Positions 30,742-40,020 of a stretch of 64,000 nt of DNA are shown piece by piece. The stretch is taken from the IMG/VR virus record IMGVR_UViG_3300021387_000075; one strand, given 5' to 3'. The notes beneath the pieces are model-generated. The model did no database searches, was not told the origin of the DNA, and saw only the letters and a list, made by a program, of their open reading frames with translations. Position numbers and translations under genes: made by a program. How positions within the stretch are numbered: position 1 is the first letter of the stretch; each line of letters opens with the position of its first letter. Source of the DNA: a virus. Lineage: Duplodnaviria > Caudoviricetes.

Positions 30742-31770
30742 TTATAGCAAATCTTTCCGTTCCTTAACAAATTTTTTTAATGCTTCGGCACTTGTAAAAG
30801 TAAAGCCATTCAAATAACTATAGGCATCAAACAAATAGGCAACCTGTTCGCGCCGCCATTTCTTTTCTTTAATTTCATCCAATGGCCAACCCATTGCCAT
30901 TGCGAGTTCATCATCTGGAGTAGTAACTTGGTCTTCAAACTTAGGATTCCACGGATCAATCTTTTGCCACCCAAAATCTTCGGAACCAGTAGCTGGGAAA
31001 AATTCTTCTGGGTCATCGGTTTCGTTAATATAGCCATTTACGCGCCAAAAGCCAAATATCCACACAGTGAATTTTTTAGTATCAGGATCAAATGTTACAA
31101 ATGAATAACAAGAATTATCCTCCCAGAAAGGGTCATCGCGCCAAGTCTCAATATCATCGACATTTTTTCCTGCTGGAACACTGAATGATTGGTCTGTGCT
31201 ATATGAGCCAACCAGAGTATCATACATAGGAAAGTATTCAGTACAATCTTTAAATGTCATATTGTCCCTCCAATAGTTCAAGTGCGGCTTCAATTACTGG
31301 ACGATCGAAACTAAGAAGAGTGTTTGGGTACTCCTTATCCTCAGTTTTAATCTTTGCGCCGTCTTCATAATGCGTGGTTCGAATTACATACGTCTTACTT
31401 AGCTCAGTTTTGAGCGCATCAATTACTTCAATTCTTGTCATCAATAATCAAACTCCATATAATAATGATAGCCATTTTCTTCATCTTTTTCAAAATGTCG
31501 AAGAATTTCGCACAGCTTCGGGACAGTTTCAAATCCATCAAAATAATCCGCATTATGGGTCGCAATGTTAATAAGTTCCTCTACGTTTTCGCGCGAAAGC
31601 TCTATGAACTCACCGCAATCATCCTTTATATTAAGAAATGATGCCTGCTCAATAAGAGCCCAAAATTTACGGGCATAATAGACTTCGGTTACGGCTTTAG
31701 AGTCATACCATTTTTCAGTCTTAAAAACCTGATGATTTCTCGCACGATATATATTTACATCCAATCCCAT
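30742..31770 (-). other. three hypothetical ORFs (30742..~31260, 31250..31444, 31441..31770)
   Basis: Overlapping ORFs downstream of a promoter at 31802-31830. Confidence 0.7.
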
Positions 31771-31832
31771 TTTACTTTCTCCTTTCTTTTTTTCTATATA
31801 AATTATACCCTAATTTTAAGAAAAAGTCAAAT

Positions 31833-31859
31833 AAGAGGAGTCCAAAATTGAACTCCTCT
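31833..31859 (-). terminator. intrinsic terminator followed directly by a promoter -35 box
   Basis: AGAGGAGTTC...GGACTCCTCT stem then TATTTGAC. Confidence 0.65.
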
Positions 31860-31863
31860 AATC

Positions 31864-33207
31864 TTATTTAGTTAATTTAGTAATCATTTCTGGCGGGATA
31901 TCACAGTAATCATCAATATAATTAGTTTTCGCGCGAAGTCCTCGTATTGGCGGAGTTTGATCTTTCAAAATTAGATTCAAGACAATTCCCACAATCATTG
32001 CTAATGCGGTAGTTCCAATGCTTACAACTCCGAAATTACATACAACTCCACTTACACCTAATGTAAGTACAGACGCAATGATGGTTACATTTTTATTATT
32101 ATTTAAATCGATATTACTATCCTTAATAGTGCGGATACCACTTAGGGTAATATACCCATAGAGCACCGCGGCACAGCCACCAAAAATAGCACTGGGAATA
32201 CTCACTAAGAAAGCTTGTAGCGGCCCGAAGAACGCAGCAATACCCATAATAACTGCGGCTAGGGTAATTACATATTTAGAGCAAATCTTACTGAAACCAG
32301 TTGTGCCTACGCTCTCGCCATAAGAAGTGTTCATAAGACCGCAAGTAAAGCCGCCAACCATAGAGGCTACGCCATCTCCAATTAGAGTGTTGCCAACACC
32401 CGGCTTTTGCGTTAAATCAGTACCAATAACGGCGCTTAGAGCCTTATGGTCGGAAATATGTTCGGCAATACATACAAAGGATAGGGGTACAAATAGTAGG
32501 ACAATTTGCGCCAGCTCACTACCGTGAATGTTATTAAAATCCATATGTAGGAAAGCGAAGTCTGGTACCTGGAATAGTTTCATATTCTGGAATACACTAA
32601 AATCAATAATAGGAATACCGCATACAGTCATAATTGCCGCAATTACATATACAATTAGAATGGCAAATAGGAAAGGCAGATTACGAATAAAGCCTTTTCC
32701 ATAGTGAGAAATTAGCGCAGTAATGACTAATGTAAGCATACCCAATCCTAAACCAATTAGACTATACTGGCCATTTACTTGGAAGTAAGTAGGAATAAAT
32801 GTGGCTAGATTAAGTCCAATAACTGCTACAATTGGGCCAATTACAACAGGTGGCAATAGTTTATTTATCCAGCCTGTACCGGCTTTGTTAATCGCTAGAC
32901 CAACCGCGCAATAAATAAAGCATACAAGGACGCCGCCGATTGCGACTGCTGGATACGAGCCAATGGCCATTGCACCAAGAATGGCTGCTACAAATGCGCC
33001 AGAAGAGCTAATAAACATAGGGCTCTGGCCGCGAGTAAATAGCTGATAGATTAACGTGCCGAGGCAGGCGCCAATCATAGCTGGCGCGATAGGCAATCCA
33101 CAAATCTGGGGAATTAGAATTGTTGCTACGAAGCAAGCAACAACCTGTTGAAGTGCGGCAACAATTAGTCGCTTTATGGGAAGTTTGTCGTTAATGTTGT
33201 ATAGCAT
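31864..33207 (-). CDS. NCS2-family uracil/xanthine permease (UraA/PyrP-like)
   Basis: Many hydrophobic segments; ISSSGAF, LPPVVIGP, EHISDH, NTSYGES, VLYGYI. Confidence 0.92.
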   Translation of the reverse strand: MLYNINDKLPIKRLIVAALQQVVACFVATILIPQICGLPIAPAMIGACLGTLIYQLFTRGQSPMFISSSGAFVAAILGAMAIGSYPAVAIGGVLVCFIYCAVGLAINKAGTGWINKLLPPVVIGPIVAVIGLNLATFIPTYFQVNGQYSLIGLGLGMLTLVITALISHYGKGFIRNLPFLFAILIVYVIAAIMTVCGIPIIDFSVFQNMKLFQVPDFAFLHMDFNNIHGSELAQIVLLFVPLSFVCIAEHISDHKALSAVIGTDLTQKPGVGNTLIGDGVASMVGGFTCGLMNTSYGESVGTTGFSKICSKYVITLAAVIMGIAAFFGPLQAFLVSIPSAIFGGCAAVLYGYITLSGIRTIKDSNIDLNNNKNVTIIASVLTLGVSGVVCNFGVVSIGTTALAMIVGIVLNLILKDQTPPIRGLRAKTNYIDDYCDIPPEMITKLTK

Positions 33208-33209
33208 AA

Positions 33210-33674
33210 TTATTTCTCCTTGTATTTAAGTTTTCCATCGTGAATTGTATTTGTAGCATATGTAGTTGTGTTTGTATATGAATTTGAGAGTGGATCCCAA
33301 TAATCACTTCCGCCAACAGCAGGACTACCGGTTGCGGCATAAACTGTGGCGTCTGGATGAATTTTAAATGTCTCTGAGTCTATTTGTGCCTGTGCAGATG
33401 TTCCGTTACAAGTAACTTTATAATCAGACCACCACGGCTTTGTATAATAATCTTTGGTCCAAGTAATATCCCATTTATCCAATTTATCATTTCTAGAACA
33501 ATCACATTGCCTTACCCAAGGCGCATTAATGCGGCCACAACGTGGGCATTCCCAGCCTTTTTCAGCGCTATAAGAAGGATTACTGTAAGTATAAGTTGTA
33601 CTTGTACTAGTACTAGTACTAGTACTAGTTCCTTTAACTGTATCTCCAGTCTAAACTTTATTTATTGTTTGCAT
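33210..33674 (-). CDS. hypothetical protein with TS repeats and GWECPRCG..NAP..CDC motif (1 TAG at codon 8)
   Basis: ATG at 33674 after GGAGG RBS; in frame with track ORF 33210..33482 once TAG is read. Confidence 0.7.
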
Positions 33675-33679
33675 ATATA

Positions 33680-34330
33680 TTACCTCCGATCAGAACCATA
33701 TTGTTCTTTTAGTAGTGGTAGAATTTCATCAAATGAATTATGAAGCGTATGATCTTCCGTAGCATACAAAATCATGCCATATAGCATCTGGTTAATGCTG
33801 AAACTTCTGCGCCAATCTTTCTCATTAAGGTGGTTGGTGCGAATATCGAAGTAATGGGCATAATTTTTCTTTTGCCATTGTCTATTCATACTTTCATAGA
33901 AACAATCATACATATATGCCTTTTGTTCTTGTGTCATATCAGAATAATCAATTGCAAAATGCCCATCATCAGGATACTTTTGATGAAATTTTTCTTTAGC
34001 TTCTTCGCTAATTCGTTCAATCATATATTTCCATCCATAAAGCACGCCCATTTCGCACATAGTACCAATGGCGCTCTGTTCTGGGCACAGAACAGTATAA
34101 TCACTATTCCACAGACGCTCAATATCCGCTTCACAGATTTTTTCCGCTAGATGATTATTCTCTTCTTCTGTCATATTAGACTTATCATTGATTGACTTAT
34201 TCTGTACGGGACTATATACTTCGCCGGGGATGCCCGCAGCTTTAAACTTATCATATTCTTCTTGGCGCGCGAGATTAGAGCCGTATGTCATGATATCGCC
34301 GCCCAAATAACCGAGAGGTTTATTAGCCAT
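33680..34330 (-). CDS. nucleoside deoxyribosyltransferase-like protein
   Basis: YLGGD, YSPVQNKSINDK, ADIERLWNSD, GTMCEMG. Confidence 0.7.
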   Translation of the reverse strand: MANKPLGYLGGDIMTYGSNLARQEEYDKFKAAGIPGEVYSPVQNKSINDKSNMTEEENNHLAEKICEADIERLWNSDYTVLCPEQSAIGTMCEMGVLYGWKYMIERISEEAKEKFHQKYPDDGHFAIDYSDMTQEQKAYMYDCFYESMNRQWQKKNYAHYFDIRTNHLNEKDWRRSFSINQMLYGMILYATEDHTLHNSFDEILPLLKEQYGSDRR

Positions 34331-34499
34331 TCGAATCCTCCTTATGCGTCAAATCCCACATAATATCATACATTTCTTGCTTAAATCCTTCTGGCTGATC
34401 TTTTAGCGGCAGCATCCACCAAGCAAGTCCTGCATCTGGATGACGTTTAAAGTATTCATCAATTAGCTGATCGTAAAAATTTTTCATACTTATTCCTCC

Positions 34500-34823
34500 T
34501 TAATCTAATGTCCGGATAAAATAACTTATATCTTCCTTATTACCTTTTTTATCCAAATGATTCAATGCCTTTTCATAGTATTTATAATATAAGTCACTAT
34601 AATGATTTGATAGCGCCTCAGCCCCGTCATGATAATACATCCAACATTTGTGGTTTAGTATCATTACGAGTTCAGTCAGATATTTTACATCATTCTTCCA
34701 CTCTTTATAGGCTCGTGCGGCTGTGTCATCAATAGCTTCATAACCAAATCGTTCTGCAATACTAAAATCAGACCAAAAGGTAGTAAAGGTGGCATAATCT
34801 TCGTAATTCATTTTATCCTCCAT
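34500..34823 (-). CDS. hypothetical phage protein
   Basis: TTFWSDFSIAERFG...LTELVMILNHK; own promoter at ~34833-34861. Confidence 0.7.
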   Translation of the reverse strand: MEDKMNYEDYATFTTFWSDFSIAERFGYEAIDDTAARAYKEWKNDVKYLTELVMILNHKCWMYYHDGAEALSNHYSDLYYKYYEKALNHLDKKGNKEDISYFIRTLD

Positions 34824-34867
34824 TTTTCTTTTATTATATCATGAATTTGAAAAAAAGTCAAATAAAA

Positions 34868-34892
34868 AAGGTGGGCGCTTTCGCGCCCATCT
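34868..34892 (-). terminator. intrinsic terminator
   Basis: GATGGGCGC-GAAA-GCGCCCACC then T-run. Confidence 0.8.
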
Positions 34893-36112
34893 TATATTAT
34901 AGAAGCTAATTCCGCAACTTCGGAACGTTCTGTTTTTAATAGTTTTACACTACCAAATAGTTTATTACCTGCAAGTGAATTTACCAATCTTTCAAGACCA
35001 TTATTACTTTCAAACTTCTTACCATCAGTTTGATAGGTATCACCATTGATCCATAGTTCAGAATTTTTTCCGCAGCGGCTTACCAATAGTTTATAGCCGC
35101 CACCCGTAATGTTCTGACCTTCTGAAACGTAAAGAATTGCGTCATCCCAACTACAACCACGAATAAAGCCTAAATTAACCGCTTCAATTTGTCCTGCCTG
35201 TTGGGCCATATACAATCCTTCTTCTCCCAAAATACTTTCAATTGGTCCGAGACCCCAAGCAATTTTTTCTTGGAGAGAGCCCTGTAAAAATCCAATTTCT
35301 GGCGCGTCCTTAAATGGAACAAGGTTACGGATAAAGATAATTTTTTCTTTCTTTCCGCGCTGTACTAAGTCCCACGCGTGAAGGAACATTAAGAAATCCT
35401 TACCGCCGCCCGGTACGCCCGATAGTAATTTTACAGGGATATTCGGATTTTGAAGTAAGTCAAACGCCATCTTCTGCTCTAAGTTCAATGGAGTAATAGT
35501 TTTATTTAAATAATTGGATTTTAAATCTTTGTACTTTAATGGCCTATATTCATTTCCAGTCCAGAATAAAACATCTTTTAGTTCTGAGCCTTCATAAATC
35601 TTACAGAACTCATTCGTCTTACACTTTAAAACATTCATAGTTGGATCGGTATAAAGTAAAGACATTTCTTCTGTATTTGGATAATACTTGCCCCAGCCGC
35701 ACCACAATGATTTTTCTTGCATCTGAGAAGGCGCATATACACCCATCAAATGCGGCAATTGTAATGAAAAAGTATATTGTGCTGCATCGCTAGTCAGAAA
35801 CACAATATCCTTACCCTATTCTATGGCGGCAAGCTCCGCGGCCAATAGAATACGATGATCGTTAATATCACTTAAAAATGTATATTTCTTTAATAGCTTA
35901 TCAATCTTTTTATTGTCTGTTATAATTACTGAAAATTGATCTGTACTTATAATTTTTCTTACTGCTTCCCGTGCCTTATATTTAATATCTGGATCTTTCT
36001 CATTAGTCTTAATATGTTCTAGTTCAGATAAAGTTAAAGGGCTGATAGCAACTTGTGCTTCGCCCAAATTCTGATGTAAGATAGCAGATGTATCCGCCCA
36101 ATGTGTAATCAT
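34892..36112 (-). CDS. phoH: PIN-PhoH fusion (PhoH2-like); one in-frame TAG at 35816
   Basis: PIN motifs DTSAIL, ELEHIK, NDHRIL continue as LAAIE*GKDIVFLTSD; PhoH motifs GVPGGGKD, EIGFLQG, FIRG, EGQN, GDTYQTD, ERS. Confidence 0.9.
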
Positions 36113-36714
36113 TTGTCCTCAACTCCGTAAATATGATCTAGCAGCCCCAGTTCAACACATTCGGGCGCCTTTAAGAACCACTGCTTGCGCGCATGGGCAT
36201 CATAATTTTCCGGAGTTATTTTTGTATTAGCAATAATAAAGTCACGAATATCTGCATCTACACCTTTATTAAATTCCATAATGTCATCAGCAGTACGAGC
36301 TTCACTAGAATCAAGCGCTACATATCCATCATGGAGTAGAACATAGGAAGCAGGGAAACCATATCGAATTACATTTTCATTTTTTCCGCCACCAGCAAGG
36401 ATAATACCAGCCATACTTGCGGCCATACCAGGAACAATAATATTTAAAGGTTTGGAATACATAGAAATGTATTGAGCGAGGTAGAAGCCATTCGTTACGC
36501 TACCTCCCGCAGAATTCAGAATCAATGTTACCGGCTCGGTAGAACTATCATGTTCAAACTCGCGCATCGGTAAAAAGACCTTTTCAATTGTTTCATCACA
36601 TACATAATCATTTAGAATAATAGTACGTTTATTAAACAGCTGATGAAAATATTGGTAAGTAATAGGATCAAACCCGTATTTTTCTACTTCGCTAAATAGT
36701 TCTTCTAAATCCAT
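36109..36714 (-). CDS. clpP: ClpP-like serine protease
   Basis: LNSAGGSV, GMAASMA, LLHD, ELGLLD. Confidence 0.85.
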   Translation of the reverse strand: MDLEELFSEVEKYGFDPITYQYFHQLFNKRTIILNDYVCDETIEKVFLPMREFEHDSSTEPVTLILNSAGGSVTNGFYLAQYISMYSKPLNIIVPGMAASMAGIILAGGGKNENVIRYGFPASYVLLHDGYVALDSSEARTADDIMEFNKGVDADIRDFIIANTKITPENYDAHARKQWFLKAPECVELGLLDHIYGVEDK

Positions 36715-36743
36715 AAGTCCTCCTCAGCTACGCTTGCGCGTGC

Positions 36744-37871
36744 TTATCCTATAATTTTTGCTAGCGTACAATCTTTGGGATCCAGATCACCCTTTCTTAT
36801 AGAACGTAAGATAGGATGGCGGATTGATATTCCTTCACCTTCAGCATTAGCACGCCGCTCGGAAACCATCATTCCGGTAATTGTGACTGGCACGTTAATC
36901 CACTCGCTTAGATTATCGCGCAAAGCAGTTTTAAATTCTTCTGTAAGACCGCTAACCTTACAGAGTGGAATAATAGTTCCCTCTTTATTATAAATGCCTA
37001 CTTGAATTGCGGCAGGCCATCCATGATAATAATTCTTGGTAACTGGTAATAGCGCACCACCAGTTTGGTATTCTCCAAAGTATTCTCCATAAAGAAGTTC
37101 TCCGGTACGGCTATTTTCCCAATAGGGCCAATTACCAATATCATCACCGTGATAAATTTTTTCGCCCTGAGCAACACCAGTAATAATGGCATCTACATCA
37201 GTTGTAATTTCTTGTTTTACTTTAATAGTAGTCCATGCTGAACTGCGTTTGCCAGGAGTATAAAGTACCCCTTTCTTATAGCAAACTGCGCCTTCACCGC
37301 CGTGGCCAATAATGTCCGCCACGCTGTCGAAGAATGTTTCGTCCATTTCATAGAATTTCACAGCTTTCACCAATGGACTATTGATACGTTTTACAACTTC
37401 ATCAATATACTTTACTCTTTCTTCAATAGGCTTATCCAAGAACTCGATTCCATCTAGCGCCAGTACATCAAAAATGCGCCATTCTACTGGCTGATCTTTT
37501 TGCCGTGCAAGCGCTTTTGGCGCGAGACATCTTAGTACGGAACCGACGGTAGCATCTACACCGCCAGGAATATAACCTTCACCCAATAGCACAGTTGTGC
37601 CTTTCTGAAAGGCATTACATACATCATTCCAAAACAATACTTTATCCTGTACTTCCCCGTAAGTCTTAGTTACTGTACTAATACCACGAGTTTGTAGCGC
37701 TGTACGTTCTGGTGTAATGACACCGCGCAAGAAGTTACCATCGTATTTCTGACTCCAAATATATTGCCCGCTCGCGGCGGCTTGCTCCAATTTCATTTGG
37801 CGCATTTCCTTAGACGTGGAGGCGGTTGGAGCCCAATATTTTTGAATACCAAGTTCAAAAAAATTAGTCAT
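36744..37871 (-). CDS. ATP-dependent DNA ligase
   Basis: QKYDG, LLGE, FDVL, GEGAV, KVK, RHP. Confidence 0.9.
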   Translation of the reverse strand: MTNFFELGIQKYWAPTASTSKEMRQMKLEQAAASGQYIWSQKYDGNFLRGVITPERTALQTRGISTVTKTYGEVQDKVLFWNDVCNAFQKGTTVLLGEGYIPGGVDATVGSVLRCLAPKALARQKDQPVEWRIFDVLALDGIEFLDKPIEERVKYIDEVVKRINSPLVKAVKFYEMDETFFDSVADIIGHGGEGAVCYKKGVLYTPGKRSSAWTTIKVKQEITTDVDAIITGVAQGEKIYHGDDIGNWPYWENSRTGELLYGEYFGEYQTGGALLPVTKNYYHGWPAAIQVGIYNKEGTIIPLCKVSGLTEEFKTALRDNLSEWINVPVTITGMMVSERRANAEGEGISIRHPILRSIRKGDLDPKDCTLAKIIG

Positions 37872-38439
37872 TATTTTCTCCTTCTTTAATAAGTCCTAGG
37901 TCTGTTAGCAAAGTAATTGCACTTTCTTTCAATACATCTAGCCCTTCATCGTTATGAATAATATAGTCAAAACCATAATTATCCAAAGAAGTTTCACTGG
38001 GATGCTTCAATTGCGCTTCTGTAAAAGCAGGATTAAGCCACAAAGATCCGTCTGGATTTTTGCGCTCAATGCGCGCGCAAATAGTATTTGGTACCATATC
38101 CATTACAATTTCTACTTCGTTAGGAAAACGCGCATCTGGAATTAGTACCACATCAAATTCATTTTCAAATGAAGAAACAAGTCCTGCTACGATTGTAGTC
38201 CAGAAATTTGGATACTTTGCACGCACTACATCTGTTCCAATATGTTGGAGAAGTGTGCGGCCTTTTTCATCCTTTTGGCCGTCCCAATTAAAAAAGTCCT
38301 TAAGTACCCATTTTACTGCGTCTCCATAATGAATTGTTAGAACGCGTAGTCCTTCTTCTTCAAGGCGTTCGCGCATAAAATGAGCTAGCATGTCTTTACC
38401 ATGACCGGATTTACCAGAAATAATAATACACTTATTCAT
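37864..38439 (-). CDS. deoxynucleoside monophosphate kinase
   Basis: ISGKSGHGKD, RTLLQHIGTD, IPDARFPNE, HPSETSLD. Confidence 0.9.
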   Translation of the reverse strand: MNKCIIISGKSGHGKDMLAHFMRERLEEEGLRVLTIHYGDAVKWVLKDFFNWDGQKDEKGRTLLQHIGTDVVRAKYPNFWTTIVAGLVSSFENEFDVVLIPDARFPNEVEIVMDMVPNTICARIERKNPDGSLWLNPAFTEAQLKHPSETSLDNYGFDYIIHNDEGLDVLKESAITLLTDLGLIKEGENND

Positions 38440-38632
38440 CCTTTAATAACTCCATTTGTAAATTAAAATAAAATTGTAAAAATTCGCGCTCCTCATCAGT
38501 GGGAGCGGCAGCGGTATAGTCTGATAGAAACTTTACCGTACTTATTGGATTATGAAAAGTTTGAGCCAAGCGCCAAGCAATTTCCGCATTGGATCGTACC
38601 TTTTCTGAAATATCAGGAAACAGTTCCGTCAT
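38432..38632 (-). CDS. hypothetical protein
   Basis: 66-aa ORF coupled to neighbours. Confidence 0.6.
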   Translation of the reverse strand: MTELFPDISEKVRSNAEIAWRLAQTFHNPISTVKFLSDYTAAAPTDEEREFLQFYFNLQMELLKDE

Positions 38633-38945
38633 TTTCTTTCTTCTATAATTTATTTAAAATATCAAAGAAGGCTTGGACTTCTTCCTTAGTTTCTAACTTA
38701 TACTAGCGTATTCTTTTTGGTGCCTGACGTTCATCATCATCGGGCAGCTCAAAGATATAATACTCTTCCTCCGAATCATCATGAATAATACGCTCAGTAA
38801 TTAGTTTTCCAGTTTTCTTGCTTCTCAGGCGGATATAAGTATCATTTTTCTAATAATCTTTTTCCATATCAAAGCAATCCACTTTCATCTCACCAATTAA
38901 GCCAGCGTATTCATCACGCTCTACTTTAAATATATTTTTATCCAT
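38613..38945 (-). CDS. hypothetical protein (3 in-frame TAG; absent from ORF track)
   Basis: MDKNIFKVERDEYAGLIGEMKVDCFDMEKDY*KNDT...; 111 codons ending TGA; exactly fills the gap between neighbours. Confidence 0.8.
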
Positions 38946-39450
38946 CTTGTAACCCTCTAAAACTGTCTTTAAGTTGTTGCGCTTCAGCCTGGGCTAGCCT
39001 GTCGCATTCATTATTCCAATAATTATTGGCGTGACCCTTAACTTTTCCAAAGTAGTACCAAAAATTATCAAAGTACGGAATAATTTCACCCCATAAGTCA
39101 TCATTTGCGACAGGCTCCCCAGAAGAATTTTTCCATCCGTTCTGAAGCCACTTATCATACCATTGTTGTTGATAGCAATTGATAGCATATGCCGAATCGC
39201 TATAAATATAAACTTTTTCACTTGGGTGCCGATTCTGGTTGGCGTATATTAGCGCATTACGAATTGCGGTGAGTTCCATGCGCTGATTCGTAGTTTGTTG
39301 TTCGCCGCCAGATGCTCGATATAAGAATTCCCCACCACGTAGTACTATAAAACTCCATCCACCAAATCGAATGTTAGCTACACTTTTGCATGACCCATCT
39401 GTATAAATTTCTAGTGAAGGTATTAGCATATTACTACGTTTTTGTTCCAT
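38938..39450 (-). CDS. rnhA: ribonuclease HI
   Basis: YTDGS, TTNQRMEL, SDSAY, VKGH, NNECDRLA. Confidence 0.95.
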   Translation of the reverse strand: MEQKRSNMLIPSLEIYTDGSCKSVANIRFGGWSFIVLRGGEFLYRASGGEQQTTNQRMELTAIRNALIYANQNRHPSEKVYIYSDSAYAINCYQQQWYDKWLQNGWKNSSGEPVANDDLWGEIIPYFDNFWYYFGKVKGHANNYWNNECDRLAQAEAQQLKDSFRGLQDG

Positions 39451-39501
39451 TTTCTCATCCTCCTTTTAATTTATTATATAATAAATTAAAAGAAATGTCA
39501 A

Positions 39502-39945
39502 TTATTTGAGAAAATCGTTTTTACTTAGTCTTTCTTTATAGATAGACTAAATCCATTCGTATTCGGTATCGAATACTCCATTTTGATCGCCGGTTTTCTT
39601 TAATAGCGCTTTGTACTTATCATGTAGGTCTGAGATATGTCTAAATTCATCCTAAGAATGTTTATCTCCATGCCTACATGAGTTCGCAAAGTCTAAGATT
39701 TCCCAACGAATTCGGTCCTTTTCATTTGCATCCACATTATCCTATAAATCTGAAACCTAATCAGCTATGTCATCTATCTTATTATTGATATCGTGTGTTA
39801 AATTTTTTCCGATCCATTTAATAAGCGATGAGATTGGGTTCCATTTAATAGGAGTAATTTGGATGAAAATGGAGAATATTAGAAAGACTTGGACGAAGTT
39901 ATGCACAAGCCAATCTAATATGCGTTCAAGCTAAGCTTGATCCAT
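39502..39945 (-). CDS. membrane-associated phage protein, possibly holin-like (5 in-frame TAG)
   Basis: GGAGGTG RBS; MDQA*LERILDWLVHNFVQVFLIFSIFIQITPIKWNPISSLIKWIG...RIRWEILDFANSC; 148 codons to TAA. Confidence 0.7.
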
Positions 39946-40020
39946 TGGTGTCACCTCCAGTTGGAAGTTTTATATATAAACTCTATCGTGGGATAGAGAT
40001 TTATAACACGATAAATTTAT

